This document shows, one piece after another, positions 48,222-48,635 of a stretch of 48,635 nucleotides of DNA. Each line of letters starts with the position of its first letter. Positions within the stretch are counted from its first letter, which is position 1. The stretch lies in the NCBI GenBank assembly GCA_051003155.1, contig JBPCLO010000009.1:1-48635 (forward strand), in the 5' to 3' direction. The position numbers and the translations under genes were made by a program. The stretch is from Fimbriimonadales bacterium. Its GTDB lineage: Bacteria; Armatimonadota; Fimbriimonadia; Fimbriimonadales; ATM1. Below the pieces are notes generated by a model. It was not told the DNA's origin. It saw only the letters and a list, made by a program, of their open reading frames with translations, and made no database searches.

Positions 48222-48635
48222 TGGTCTGCTCCCCGAATCGGAAGACAAGATAAGAGTAGTCTTTCTCCTTGGAGGAAGCTATGAAAAAATCGAAATACAG
48301 CGAGGAGCAGATCGTCAGGATCCTGCAAGATGCCGCCTCGGGCCAGAAGACGCAGGCGCAGGTCTGCAAAGACCACGGCATCAGCCCCAACACCTTCTAC
48401 ATCTGGAGGCGCAAATACTCGGGCCTGCAGACTGAGGACTTGCGTCAGCTTAGAGAACTCGAGCGCGAGAATTCGCAACTCAAGAGGCTGCTCGCCGAGC
48501 GCGACCTCGAGATCGACGCGGTGAGGGCTCTGTTCCGAAAAAACGGCTTACCGCTCCCGAGCCCGTCGCGGGGGCGAGATTTCTGATGAACCTGGGAGTG
48601 ACGACCCGGCGCGCTGCCAGCTTCGCAGCCATCTC
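48222..48635 (+). mobile_element. IS3-family element, left part (orfA 48281..48586)
   Basis: TGGTCTGCTCCCCGAA end, MKKSKYSEEQIVRIL orfA, and an A6C frameshift window at 48538-48544. Runs off the window. Confidence 0.85.

Larger units (their letters stand above)
7590..48635. mobile_element. comM-integrated genomic island (ICE/IME-like); right boundary not visible
   Basis: comM disruption, an adjacent large serine recombinase, relaxase-like and coupling-protein-like genes, and defence, toxin and IS cargo. No 3' comM half is seen, so the extent to the window end is inferred. Confidence 0.7.

Noticed and set aside
1..48635. Numerous short antisense or alternate-frame ORFs in the track
   Set aside because: They are shadows of well-supported genes in GC-rich DNA and carry no motifs.

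Overview
Positions 1-7590 are host chromosome: a partial DUF192 gene, sbcD-sbcC, a FecCD-type permease, purC, a membrane protein and the 5' half of comM. The gene style tentatively suggests Armatimonadota (Fimbriimonadia), which is an inference. comM is cut inside its Walker-B codons (GVLFLD|D) by an element integrated by a large serine recombinase. The element probably runs past the right edge, because the 3' half of comM is not seen. Its core is a recombinase, a Replic_Relax-like protein, a VirD4/TraG-like ATPase, a membrane protein, a VWA lipoprotein and an HTH-TPR regulator. Next comes a defence-type block: an OLD-like ATPase/TOPRIM nuclease coupled to a stand-alone WYL protein, an orphan DNA methyltransferase, and a CBASS operon (HNH-SAVED, CD-NTase, E2/SEC-C) lying between ~500-bp direct repeats. 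A polymorphic-toxin region follows. Its most striking feature is an apparently split RHS system. A 1082-aa YD-repeat shell stops just before the RHS core, and three separate small genes encode core+tip proteins with Cys-rich tips (two with HEXXH protease motifs), each followed by a candidate immunity gene. Nearby are a triple-GT2/TPR glycosyltransferase, a Cys/Ser/Pro-rich 70-aa ORF and a divergent IscU-like protein. A TPR-C39 peptidase-RHS toxin with a WapI-like immunity gene, an NYN nuclease and four IS3-family fragments complete the window. All calls come from motif reading by eye; no searches were run.
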